Source: Solirubrobacteraceae bacterium
GTDB taxonomy: Bacteria > Actinomycetota > Thermoleophilia > Solirubrobacterales > Solirubrobacteraceae
DNA: 64,000 nucleotides
Assembly: GCA_035555155.1 (NCBI GenBank)
Contig: DATMGZ010000019.1
Coordinates: forward strand, 3,130 to 67,129
Direction: 5' to 3'
Shown here: one piece after another, positions 8,942-18,500 of the stretch
How the letters are laid out: each line of letters opens with the position of its first letter
Numbering within the stretch: position 1 is the stretch's first letter
Notes under the pieces: generated by a model
What the model saw: the letters and a program-made list of their open reading frames with translations, nothing else
Databases searched by the model: none
Told to the model about the DNA's origin: nothing
Translations under genes and position numbers: made by a program

Positions 8942-9829
8942 ATGACTGTGCTTCAGGAACTGGAAACCGTCGTCGGCGAGGCCGCCGAGCATGTCGGTCC
9001 CGCCGTGGTCGGGCTCGGCCGCGGCTGGGGGGTGGGGTCAGGCGTGGTGATCGCGCCCGGCCGCGTAGTCACCAACGCGCACAACCTGCGCCACGACGAG
9101 GTCACCGTGACCTTCGCCGACGGCAGCCGCGCCGGCGGCGTCGTGGCGGGATCGGATCCCGATCTCGACGTGGCCGTGATCGCGGTCGACACGGGTGAGA
9201 TCGAGCCCGTTGCCTGGCCCGACGACGGCGAGGCCCCAGTCCTCGGGCGCGCGGTGCTGGCCCTGGCCAATCCGGGTGGGCGCGGTCTGCGGATCACGCC
9301 CGGGTTCGTGTCCTCGGCCGCGCGCAGCTTCCGCGGCCCCCGCGGCCGGCGCATCGCCGGCGCGATCGAGCACACGGCGCCGCTCCCGCGCGGGTCCTCG
9401 GGCGGCCCGCTGACCGACGTCGGCGGACGTCTGCTGGGGCTCAACACGCTGCGCGTCGAGGGTGGGCTGATCCTCGCCATCCCCGCTGACGCCGCGCTGC
9501 GGAAGCGCGTCGACTCCCTCGGCCGCGGCGAGGCGCCCGAGCGCGCACGGCTCGGCGTGGCGATCGCGCCGCCGCGGGTTGCGCGGCGACTGCGCCACGC
9601 CGTCGGGCTGCCTGAGCGCGACGGCGTGCTGGTGCGCGTCGTTGAGCACGACAGCCCGGCGGCGCGGGCCGGGATCGAGCGCGGCGACCTGATCGTCTCG
9701 GCCGGCGGACGCGAGCTCGATCGCGTCGACACCCTGTACGAGGTGCTCGACGCGGCCCGCGCGCAGGGCCAACTCGAGCTGACGATCGTCCGTGGCACAG
9801 ATGAGCGGACCGTCACCGTCACGTTCTGA
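8942..9829 (+). CDS. S1C (HtrA-like) trypsin-like serine protease with PDZ domain, no signal peptide
   Basis: Triad VTNAHNL / DLDVAV / PRGSSGGP; PDZ RLGVAI...SPAARAGIERGDLIVSAGG. ATG 8942 has a GAGGA SD. Confidence 0.88.
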   Translation: MTVLQELETVVGEAAEHVGPAVVGLGRGWGVGSGVVIAPGRVVTNAHNLRHDEVTVTFADGSRAGGVVAGSDPDLDVAVIAVDTGEIEPVAWPDDGEAPVLGRAVLALANPGGRGLRITPGFVSSAARSFRGPRGRRIAGAIEHTAPLPRGSSGGPLTDVGGRLLGLNTLRVEGGLILAIPADAALRKRVDSLGRGEAPERARLGVAIAPPRVARRLRHAVGLPERDGVLVRVVEHDSPAARAGIERGDLIVSAGGRELDRVDTLYEVLDAARAQGQLELTIVRGTDERTVTVTF

Positions 9830-9834
9830 GCGCC

Positions 9835-10827
9835 ATGAGCACGCTGACCGACGTTCCTGACGGCGACACCCGCGCGGCCGAGGCGGAGGCGGAGGCCATG
9901 GACGCGTACTCGCGCGTGGTCGTCGATGTCGCCGAGCGGCTCGCGCCGTCGGTGGCCAACCTCCGGATCACGCGCCGGACCCGGGCCGGGCACGTCCCGG
10001 CCGGCGCCGGCAGCGCGGTCGCGCTGACCCCCGACGGCTTCCTGCTCACCTCTGCCCACGTCGTCGCCGGCCCGGGGCGCACCGGCCGCGCGGCGTTCGT
10101 CGACGGTCGCGAGCTCAGCTTCGGCGTGATCGGAGTCGATCACCTCTCCGACCTCGCCGTGCTGAGGACCGAAGGCGGCGACCTGACCCCGGCCCGTCTG
10201 GGCGAGGCCGAGGCGCTGCGCGTCGGCCAGCTGGTCATCGCGATCGGCAATCCCAACGGCTTCGCCGGCTCGGTGACGGCCGGGGTGGTCTCGGCGCTGG
10301 GGCGGTCGCTGCCCGCGCGCTCGGGGCGGACCGTGCGCTACATCGACAACGTGATCCAGACCGACGCGGCGCTCAATCCCGGCAACTCGGGCGGGGCGCT
10401 CGTCGACAGCGCGGCGCGTCTGGTCGGGATCAACACGGCGGTGGCCGGCGTCGGGCTGGGGCTCGCGGTGCCGATCAACGCCACCACGCGCGCCGTGGTC
10501 AGCGCCCTGATGAGCGACGGGCGGGTGCGGCGCGCCTACATCGGGATCGCCGGCGGACCGCGACCGTTGCCGCCGCACGCCCGCGTCCGGCTCGGGCGCA
10601 CGTCCGGCGTCGAGGTGGTGGAGGTGGCCTCCGGCAGCCCGGCGCAGCGCGCGGGCCTGCGCGCCGAGGACCTGATCGTCGAGCTCGGCGGTCGTGCGGT
10701 CGAGCGGGTCGATGACGTCCAGCGCGTGATGACCGCCGCTACGATCGGCTCCGCCTTGGCCGCCCGCGTGCTCCGCGGCGACCGGCTGCTCGAGCTCGAG
10801 CTGCGACCGGTGGAGCTGACGGACTGA
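9835..10827 (+). CDS. S1C (HtrA-like) serine protease with PDZ domain, no signal peptide
   Basis: LTSAHVV / SDLAVL / IQTDAALNPGNSGG; PDZ AYIGI...GSPAQRAGLRAEDLIVELGG. Confidence 0.92.
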   Translation: MSTLTDVPDGDTRAAEAEAEAMDAYSRVVVDVAERLAPSVANLRITRRTRAGHVPAGAGSAVALTPDGFLLTSAHVVAGPGRTGRAAFVDGRELSFGVIGVDHLSDLAVLRTEGGDLTPARLGEAEALRVGQLVIAIGNPNGFAGSVTAGVVSALGRSLPARSGRTVRYIDNVIQTDAALNPGNSGGALVDSAARLVGINTAVAGVGLGLAVPINATTRAVVSALMSDGRVRRAYIGIAGGPRPLPPHARVRLGRTSGVEVVEVASGSPAQRAGLRAEDLIVELGGRAVERVDDVQRVMTAATIGSALAARVLRGDRLLELELRPVELTD

Positions 10828-10979
10828 CGCCACCGGGCATCGAGCGAGCGCGGGCGGGCCGAACCGGATGCGTGTCGCTCGCGACTGGCGCTAAACTGCC
10901 TCGCGGCGCCGGGCGGCGTTCGTTTTGACGCCCGTGGTCCGGTCGCCAAGCCCTGCCAATCCGTACGGGAAGCGCGTAA

Positions 10980-11144
10980 ATGGCCCGTGGAGACGTCCGG
11001 ATCGCCGCCACTCTCGCATGCGAAGAGTGCAAGCGCCGGAATTACCAGACCAATAAGAGCAAGCGAAACAACCCCGAGCGACTCCAGCTGCGCAAGTACT
11101 GCCGCTGGTGCAAGCGCCACACGCCCCACCGCGAAACGCGCTGA
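10980..11144 (+). CDS. rpmG: 50S ribosomal protein L33 (Zn-binding type)
   Basis: Manual translation [54 protein letters not shown] (below the ORF-track length cutoff). Confidence 0.97.
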   Translation: MARGDVRIAATLACEECKRRNYQTNKSKRNNPERLQLRKYCRWCKRHTPHRETR

Positions 11145-11159
11145 GAACACGGGGTCGGG

Positions 11160-11729
11160 ATGGCTCGCAATCGCAAACGCGGCAATAAGGAGCGACGGAG
11201 CCGTCGTCCACAGGGAGAGCCCTCGACGCAGCCGGGTGTCGCGACCGCGCGGCCCGAGCACCAAGAGGGCAGCCCCGATCCGATCGAGCACGCCACGCCC
11301 GACGTCGAGCTGGCCGAGGCACAGCTCGCCCAGGGTCGCCCCGAGCTCGACGAAGTGCCCGATCCCGAGGAGCTCGAGGAGATCGAGGAAGCCGACGAGC
11401 GCTCCACGCGGGTGCCGGGCATCATCCCCGCCGGCCCGCACGTCCGGCAGGACGACGGGCCTCCCTTGCGGCCCGAAGAGGCCGAGCTGGCCGTCGTGGC
11501 CGCCCAGGACGCCGAGGAAGGGGTGGAACTGGCCCCGGTGCGCACCGGCAGCCGCCTCGTCCACTTCCTTCAGGGAAGCTGGCGCGAGCTACAACGGGTA
11601 CAGTGGCCAGATCGCCGTCAGGTGATCCAGGCCACTGGGGTTGTGCTCGGGTTCGTGATCGTCGCCGGAGCGTATCTCGGCATCGCCGATGCCCTGGCCG
11701 GCAAGCTGATGGATTTCATCCTCAAGTAA
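11160..11729 (+). CDS. secE: Preprotein translocase subunit SecE with long N-terminal extension
   Basis: C-terminal FLQGSWRELQRVQWPDRRQVIQATGVVLGFVIV; position between rpmG and nusG. Confidence 0.92.
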   Translation: MARNRKRGNKERRSRRPQGEPSTQPGVATARPEHQEGSPDPIEHATPDVELAEAQLAQGRPELDEVPDPEELEEIEEADERSTRVPGIIPAGPHVRQDDGPPLRPEEAELAVVAAQDAEEGVELAPVRTGSRLVHFLQGSWRELQRVQWPDRRQVIQATGVVLGFVIVAGAYLGIADALAGKLMDFILK

Positions 11730-11822
11730 GAGGCAACCGGACTAAGTCATTCAAGTAGAGGCCTCAAGCGCCGGCCGTCGATTCACGGCGCGGGGCAGGC
11801 GCCGCAAAGGACCAAACAGAAA

Positions 11823-12344
11823 ATGTTCCGCTGGTACGTAGTCAACACCTATTCGGGTCACGAGAACAAGGTCAAGCACAACCTCGAGCATCGGGTCGTC
11901 TCGCTGAACCAGCAGCGCGCGGTCCGGCAGATCGTCGTGCCGACCGAGACGGTGTCCGAGATGAAGGACAACCAGAAGATCACCGTCGAGAAGCGGACGA
12001 TGCCCGGCTACGTGCTCGTCAACATGGACCTCAACGAGGACTCCTGGTCGTTGGTCAAGGGCACGCCCGGCGTGACCGGGTTCGTGGGCGCCTCCAACGA
12101 GCCCGTCCCGCTCACCCAGGCGGAGGTCGATCGCCTGCTGCACCAGGAGACCGCCGAGCGGCCGCGCAGCCGGGCCCAGTTCTCGATCGGCGAGTCGGTC
12201 AAGGTCATCTCCGGACCGCTGTCGGACTTCTCGGGCGAGATCTCCGAGGTCAACGAGGACGCGCAGCGACTCAAGGTGCTCGTGTCGATCTTCGGCCGCG
12301 AGACCCCGGTCGAGGTCGGATTCGACCAGGTCAAGAAGATTTAG
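11823..12344 (+). CDS. nusG: Transcription termination/antitermination factor NusG
   Basis: [35 protein letters not shown] motif [24 protein letters not shown]. Confidence 0.98.
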   Translation: MFRWYVVNTYSGHENKVKHNLEHRVVSLNQQRAVRQIVVPTETVSEMKDNQKITVEKRTMPGYVLVNMDLNEDSWSLVKGTPGVTGFVGASNEPVPLTQAEVDRLLHQETAERPRSRAQFSIGESVKVISGPLSDFSGEISEVNEDAQRLKVLVSIFGRETPVEVGFDQVKKI

Positions 12345-12346
12345 GG

Positions 12347-12367
12347 GCCGCCTCCGGCGGCTTGTTT
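12347..12367 (+). terminator. Short hairpin plus U-rich tail between nusG and rplK
   Basis: GCCGCC-TCC-GGCGGC-TTGTTT. Confidence 0.4.
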
Positions 12368-12395
12368 GAAAAGATTTCGAGCGAAGCGGTAATTC

Positions 12396-12818
12396 ATGGC
12401 CAAGAGAGTCCTCACTGTCATCAAGCTCCAAGCCGTCGGCGGCTCCGCCAGCCCGGCCCCCCCGGTCGGCCCCGCGCTGGGTCAGCACGGCGTGAACATC
12501 ATGGAGTTCGTCAAGGCGTTCAACGCCCAGACGCAGTCCGACATGGGCACCGTGATCCCGGTCGAGATCACCGTGTTCGAGGACCGCTCGTTCACCTTCG
12601 TGACCAAGAGCCCGCCGGCCGCCGTGCTGATCAAGCAGGCGATCTCGCTCGAGAAGGGCTCGGCGGAGCCGCACCGCGACAAGGTGGGCAGGATCACCCA
12701 GGCCCAGCTCAAGGACATCGCGGAGAAGAAGATGAAGGACCTGAACGCCAACGACATCGACGCCGCAGCGAAGATCATCGCCGGCACCGCCCGCTCGATG
12801 GGCGTGGAGGTGGTCTAA
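12396..12818 (+). CDS. rplK: 50S ribosomal protein L11
   Basis: [37 protein letters not shown]. Confidence 0.98.
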   Translation: MAKRVLTVIKLQAVGGSASPAPPVGPALGQHGVNIMEFVKAFNAQTQSDMGTVIPVEITVFEDRSFTFVTKSPPAAVLIKQAISLEKGSAEPHRDKVGRITQAQLKDIAEKKMKDLNANDIDAAAKIIAGTARSMGVEVV

Positions 12819-13532
12819 ATGGGCAAGCACGGCAAGCGCTACCTCGACGCGCGCCAGCGCCTCGATCGCGAGCACGAATACACGCCCATGGAGGCTGTCG
12901 CACTGATCAAGCAGCTCAAGACCGCCAACTTCAACGAGTCGGTCGAGGTCCACGTGCGGACCGGGCTCAACGTCCGTCACGCCGACGAGCAGCTGCGCGG
13001 GACGATCGCGCTGCCGCACGGCCTCGGCAAGGACGTCAAGGTCGCCGTGTTCGCTCAGGGCGACAAGGCCCGTGAGGCCGAGGAGGCCGGCGCCGACGTG
13101 GTCGGCGCCGAGGACCTTGCGGCGCGGATCCAGGATGGCTTCGACGACTTCGACGTGGCGATCGCCACGCCCGATCTGATGCCGGTCGTCGGCCGGCTCG
13201 GCCGGATCCTCGGTCCGTCGGGCAAGATGCCGAACCCCAAGGTCGGCACGGTGACGATGGATGTCGCCAAGGCAGTCGAGGAGTCCAAGGCCGGCAAGGT
13301 CGAGTACCGCACCGACCGCACCGCGATCGTGCACCTGGTGATCGGCAAGAGCGACTTCGACGACCACCGCCTGCTCGAGAACTACGCGGCGGTGATGGAC
13401 GAGCTGATCCGCGCCAAGCCGTCGGCGGCCAAGGGGCGCTACATCCGGTCGGTCACCTTCGCGACCACGATGGGCCCGGGCGTGAAAGTGGAACCCACGC
13501 GCGTGCGCGACCTCGAGGAGTCGGCCGCGTAG
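12819..13532 (+). CDS. rplA: 50S ribosomal protein L1
   Basis: [44 protein letters not shown]. Confidence 0.98.
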   Translation: MGKHGKRYLDARQRLDREHEYTPMEAVALIKQLKTANFNESVEVHVRTGLNVRHADEQLRGTIALPHGLGKDVKVAVFAQGDKAREAEEAGADVVGAEDLAARIQDGFDDFDVAIATPDLMPVVGRLGRILGPSGKMPNPKVGTVTMDVAKAVEESKAGKVEYRTDRTAIVHLVIGKSDFDDHRLLENYAAVMDELIRAKPSAAKGRYIRSVTFATTMGPGVKVEPTRVRDLEESAA

Positions 13533-13544
13533 ACTCGATTGCCA

Positions 13545-13677
13545 CCAGGACGACGCCCCAGACCTCCGGCCGCGTCAGCGTAAGACCGGAGCAGGCGGAG
13601 CCTCGAAGCGAGACAGATCTCGTGCTCGACGCCCGCCATCGTGCGGGCGTTTTTCGTGACAGGAAGCCGAAAGCGAG
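13545..13677 (+). ncRNA. Putative L10 leader with attenuator hairpin
   Basis: AGAC-CTCCGG...TAAGA-CCGGAG stem, followed by ACGCCCGC-CATCGT-GCGGGCGT-TTTT (13629-13654) directly upstream of rplJ. This is the expected L10-leader position. Confidence 0.6.
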
Positions 13678-14322
13678 ATGAACAGAGACCAGAAAGCAGC
13701 CGTCGTCGACGAGATCGCCGACCAGATCAAGGGCGCGGACGCGATCTTCGCGGTCGACTATCGCGGCATCAGCGTCCCGCAGGTGGCGGAGCTGCGCGCC
13801 AAGCTGCGCGACGTCGACGCCAGCTTCCGCGTGGTCAAGAACTCGCTCTCCGAGCGGGCGGCGGACAAGGCGGGAGCGGAGCAGCTCAAGGAGATGCTCC
13901 AGGGCCCGACCGCGCTGACGCTCGTCCGCGGCGACGCGGCGCTGGCCGCCAAGGCGCTCAGCGACACCGCGCGGGTGCTCCACATCCTCGAGTTCAAGGG
14001 CGGCCTGCTGAACGGCAAGGTGCTAAGCGCCGAGGACGTGCGCTCGATCGCCCGCCTGCCCTCGCGTGAGATCCTGCAGGCGCAGCTCGTCGGCACGATC
14101 GCCGCGCCGCTCACCGGTCTCGTCCGCGGACTCAACGGGTTGATCGGCGGCCTGGCGATTGCGCTGCAGCAGATCGCCGAGCAGGGTCTGGTCACCGGCA
14201 CGGAGCCGGAGGCCGCGCCGGCGGAGCCGGAGGCCGCACCGGCGGCGCCGGAGCCGGCAGCAGCAACTTCAGAGAACGACACCGAACAGGACGCCGCGTC
14301 GGACGCGGAATCCGACGCATAA
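13678..14322 (+). CDS. rplJ: 50S ribosomal protein L10 with acidic Ala/Pro C-terminal tail
   Basis: VDYRGISVPQVAELR, VVKNSL, LQGPTAL, IARLPSRE; 21-bp repeat units at 14202-14264 encode EPEAAPA. Confidence 0.97.
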   Translation: MNRDQKAAVVDEIADQIKGADAIFAVDYRGISVPQVAELRAKLRDVDASFRVVKNSLSERAADKAGAEQLKEMLQGPTALTLVRGDAALAAKALSDTARVLHILEFKGGLLNGKVLSAEDVRSIARLPSREILQAQLVGTIAAPLTGLVRGLNGLIGGLAIALQQIAEQGLVTGTEPEAAPAEPEAAPAAPEPAAATSENDTEQDAASDAESDA

Positions 14323-14331
14323 GGAGGAACG

Positions 14332-14712
14332 ATGGCGACTACCCAAGAGTGGATCGAGGAGCTGAAGGGCATTTCGGTGCTCGAGCTCGCGGAGCGCATC
14401 AAGGCGCTGGAGGAGGAGTTCGGCGTCTCGGCGACCGCGGTCGCCGCAGCCGCTCCGGCCGCCGCAGCCGCGGACGGCGGCGGCGAGGCCGCCGAGGAGC
14501 AGACGGCGTTCGACGTCCTGCTCACCGGCGCCGGCGACAAGAAGATCCAGGTCATCAAGGTCGTGCGCGCCGCGACCGGTCTCGGCCTCAAGGAGGCCAA
14601 GGCGCTCGTCGACGAGGCCCCGAAGCCCGTCAAGGAGGGCATCGAGAAGGCCGAGGCTGAGAAGCTGAAGGCTGAGCTCGAGGAGGCCGGCGCGAGCGTC
14701 GAGCTGAAGTAG
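14332..14712 (+). CDS. rplL: 50S ribosomal protein L7/L12
   Basis: [44 protein letters not shown]. Confidence 0.98.
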   Translation: MATTQEWIEELKGISVLELAERIKALEEEFGVSATAVAAAAPAAAAADGGGEAAEEQTAFDVLLTGAGDKKIQVIKVVRAATGLGLKEAKALVDEAPKPVKEGIEKAEAEKLKAELEEAGASVELK

Positions 14713-14739
14713 CCGCCGCACCGATCCGGTACGGCATCA

Positions 14740-14767
14740 GAGGGCCGGGCGACATCGCCCGGCCCTC
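14740..14767. terminator. GC-rich hairpin between convergent rplL and the secreted-protein gene
   Basis: GAGGGCCGGGCG-ACAT-CGCCCGGCCCTC, 12-bp perfect stem. Confidence 0.7.
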
Positions 14768-14791
14768 GCTCGTCGACAGCCCGCGTCCGCG

Positions 14792-15415
14792 TCAGGCCCG
14801 GCCGCGCGGATCACCCGGAAGGCCCGCGGGAACGAACGCGTTGATGCTGAGCATGCCCGTCGCGACGTCGAGCTGCTTGCCGGTCGTGCACGGCCCGGTG
14901 ACGCCGGGCGATGTGCACTCGGGGAGCAGGCCCACGTACTCGACCGTGCCATCCGGGTGCACGGTCTTCGTCGCCGGCGCTCCGGAGCGGGTCGTGAACT
15001 CGTACGGCGCGCCGTAGCAGAGCTGGGTCCGCTGGAGCACGTCGCGGACGGTCTGACCCGGCGGTAGGACCACGTGCATGACGGTGTAGCCGAACGTCTT
15101 GCTGCGGGTGCTGGTGCTGAGGCTGAAGGCGGCCCAGTCGCTGCTGTGCGGCGTGTAGTCGGCGCACACGAGCACGGGTCCGGTGTCGAGCGCGAGCACG
15201 AGCGTGGCGGCCGGCCCGCTCTTCCCCGGGCTCGCTGTGACCGTGGCACTGGACGTGCCGTTGCTCACGGACCCGGTGCAGCTCTGGTGCTCCGGGCACT
15301 TGACCTCGGTCCGCTGCGCGTCGAGCGGCCCACGCGCCGACGCACCCGCGGCGCCGAACGCCACCAGAGACGACGCGACGACCGCCATGGCCGTGCGCAT
15401 GCCAATGAACTTCAT
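14792..15415 (-). CDS. Secreted Cys-containing hypothetical protein
   Basis: Sec signal MKFIGMRTAMAVVASSLVAFGAAGASA; six Cys (CPEHQSC, LVCAD, LCYGAP, LLPEC, GPC); GC3-biased codons. Confidence 0.75.
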   Translation of the reverse strand: MKFIGMRTAMAVVASSLVAFGAAGASARGPLDAQRTEVKCPEHQSCTGSVSNGTSSATVTASPGKSGPAATLVLALDTGPVLVCADYTPHSSDWAAFSLSTSTRSKTFGYTVMHVVLPPGQTVRDVLQRTQLCYGAPYEFTTRSGAPATKTVHPDGTVEYVGLLPECTSPGVTGPCTTGKQLDVATGMLSINAFVPAGLPGDPRGRA

Positions 15416-15593
15416 GTGCTGCCCCTTTCCACGCCGACGGGGCGTCTGACCGTCCCCGGTTCGGGCTCCCCAAACGCGGCTAAGGTATCAGACCCTTGTC
15501 GTCGCAACCAGATTTTCGGTCTGCCGTGCGCGAGCTTCTCAACGCCGCCGCGCTGGACTAGACTTCGGCCACCGGGCGGGTATCCCGACCGCG

Positions 15594-18500
15594 ATGTCCG
15601 GGGAAATCGACGGCACTGCGGGGCCCAAGCGAGTGTTGACAGAGTCGAGCATCGGTCGGTTCGACCGATTTGTGCCAAGGGTCCTGCTGCAGCGTCTCGC
15701 GCTGGCCCCGGATGTGCGCGTCGAGCAGCTTGACGGCACCGGCGTCTTCGTCGATGTGTCGGGCTTCACCCGCCTCTCCGAGCGGCTCGCGCGCGCGGGC
15801 AGGGAGGGCGCCGAGCAGCTGGTCGACGCGATCGACTCGTGCTTCAGCCCGCTGCTCGCCGATGCGTACGCGGGCGGCGGATCACTGCTCAAGTTCGGCG
15901 GCGACGCCATGTTGATCTGGTTCGGAGGCGAGGGCCACGCGCTGCGGGCCTGCGGCTCCGCCGTCGCCATGCGCCGCAAGCTGCGCCGCGTCGGCCGCGT
16001 CCCGGTCGGTGACCGGCACGTCGTGTTGCGGATGTCCGTCGGCATCCACACCGGCGCCTACGAGTCGTTCCTGGTCGGAGAATCGCACCGCGAGCACGTG
16101 ATCGCGGGTCCGGCGGCGACGACCGTCGTCGGCATGGAGGCGCTGGCCGAGACCGGTCAGATCCTGATCAGCGAAGCCACCGCCGCGCTGCTCCCGGACC
16201 GCTGCCTCGGACGGCGCCGCGGGCCCGGCGTGGTGCTCGCCCGCGCGCCGGCGGAGCGCTCTGCGGCACCGGCAGAGTTGCCGGCGCGGCCGGCCGACGA
16301 CGCGGTGGCCGCGTGTCTGTCCACCCAGCTTCGCGCCCACGTGGCCAGCGCACCGGCGACGCCGGAGCACCGCCTGGCCACCGTGGCGTTCCTGCAGTTC
16401 GGGGCGCTCGACGGCCTGCTCCGCGATCGCGGGGCGGACGCGGCCGCCGACGCGCTCGAGCGCACCGTGTGTGCGGTGCAGGCCGCGGCCGACCGCTTTG
16501 GAATCTGCTTCCTCGGCTCCGACGTCGCCGCCGGCGGTGGCAAGATCATGCTCTCCGCGGGCGCGCCCCGGGCAGCCGGGGACGACGAGGAGCGCATGCT
16601 GCTGGCTCTGCGTCAGGTGGTCGAGGACGAGCCGCCGCTCCCGGTCCGGATCGGGGTCAACCGCGGCTCGGTGTTCGCCGGCGAGGTGGGTCCGCACTAC
16701 CGGCGCACCTACACCGTGATGGGTGACACCGTCAACCTCGCGGCCCGGCTGATGGCGAAGGCGCCGCCCGGGCGTGTCTACTGCACCGCCGGCGTGCTCG
16801 AGCGATCCTCGACCAGCTTCGAGACCACGGCGCTCGATCCGTTCTGGGTGAAGGGCAAGGCCAAAGCGGTCCAGGCCTGGGAGGTGGGGCGGGGTCGTCG
16901 TGCACGCTCGGCCGGCCCCGCTCGTCCCCGGCTGCCGCTGATCGGTCGCGGTCGCGAGCTCGCGGCACTCGAGGAGGCGCTCGCCGGGGCGCGCGCGGGC
17001 CACGGGGCGCTGATCGAGTTGGTCGGCGAGACGGGCAGCGGCAAGTCGCGGCTGCTCAGCGAGTCTCGAGCACGGGCGGCGGACATGCGTTTCGTGCACA
17101 CGACCTGCGAGGTCTACACCCAGGAGACGCCCTACGTCGCCTGGCGCGATCCGCTGCGCCAGCTGCTGGGCCTGACCTGGGCGGACGCCGACGAGATCGT
17201 CCTCGATCGGCTGCGAGCGGGGCTCGACGCGACAGACCCGGAGCTGCTGCCGTGGTTGCCGCTGCTGGGGATCGCGATCGACGCCGACGCGCCGCCGACG
17301 CGAGAGGTCGCCGAGCTCGCGGCGGAGTACCGTGCCGCCAAGCTGCACGAGGTCGTCCTGCGCCTGCTGTCCGGCGCCCTGAAGGTGCCGACGCTCGTGC
17401 AGATCGAGCACGCCCATCTCATGGACGACGCGTCCGCGGCCCTGCTGGGCGCGCTCGCCATGGTGATCGGCACGAGCGCGTGGGTCGTCATCGCCACCCG
17501 GCGTGACATGCCACAGGGCTTCGCCGCCGACGCCGACGAGCACCGCCGGGTCGAGCTCGGGCCACTGTCGCGCGAGGACGCACTCGCGCTCGCCGAGGCG
17601 AGTCCCGAGGCCGAGGCGGTCCCGCCGCACTTGGTCGCCCAGGCAGTCGAGCGTGCCGGCGGCAGCCCTGAGTTCCTGCTCGACCTGTTGGCCGCCGCCG
17701 CCGGTGGATCGGTGTCGCTGCCCGACAGCATCGACGCGGCGGCGAGCGCGAGGATCGACGCGCTCGACGCCGGCGATCGCACGCTCGTGCGCCGGGCCGC
17801 GGTCCTCGGGGTCAGCTTCCATCCGCGCCGCCTGCGCGACGTCCTCGCTCCCGAGGACCCCGAGCCCGACGAGCGCACGTGGGAGCGGCTGTCGTCGCTG
17901 TTCGCGCGCGACCCGGACGGGCACGTGCGCTTCAAGCGACCGGCGCTGCGTGAGGTCGCCTACGAGGGCCTCCCGTACCGCGTGCGCCGGCGGCTGCACG
18001 CGGCTGTCGCCGAGAGCCTCGAGAGCGAGCGCGGTCAACACGTCGACGCCGACCCCGCCGTGCTCTCGCTGCATTTCATCCTCGCCGGCGATCACCTGCG
18101 CGCGCATCGGTACGCGCTGATCGGTGCCGAGCGCGCGACGGCGCGCTTCGCCCATGCCGATGCGGCCCGGCTCTACCGCCGTGCGATTGAGACGGCGCGC
18201 GTCGCCGGCGTCGGTCCGGCGGAGCTGGCCACCACCTGGGAGCGGCTCGGCGGCGCGCTGCAGCGCATCGGCGAGCCCAAGGCGGCGAGCGCGGCGCTCA
18301 CGAACGCGCGACGGCTCGTCCGCGGCTCCTCGCTCGACGAGGCTCGTCTGCACTACCGCCACGCGCGCATCGCCGAGCGCAGTGGGCGCCTGCCCGCCGA
18401 GGTGCGCTGGATCCGTCGCGGCCTGCGGGTGCTCGACGGCGTCGACGGCACGGAAGCGCAGGTCTGGCGCGCGCGCCTGATCTCGGCCCTCGCCGGCGTC

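Noticed and set aside
10828-11159. Expected tRNA genes (Thr/Met/Trp) around rpmG-secE
   Set aside because: No cloverleaf, TTC-arm or CCA-ending sequence seen; the spacers are short or promoter-like.
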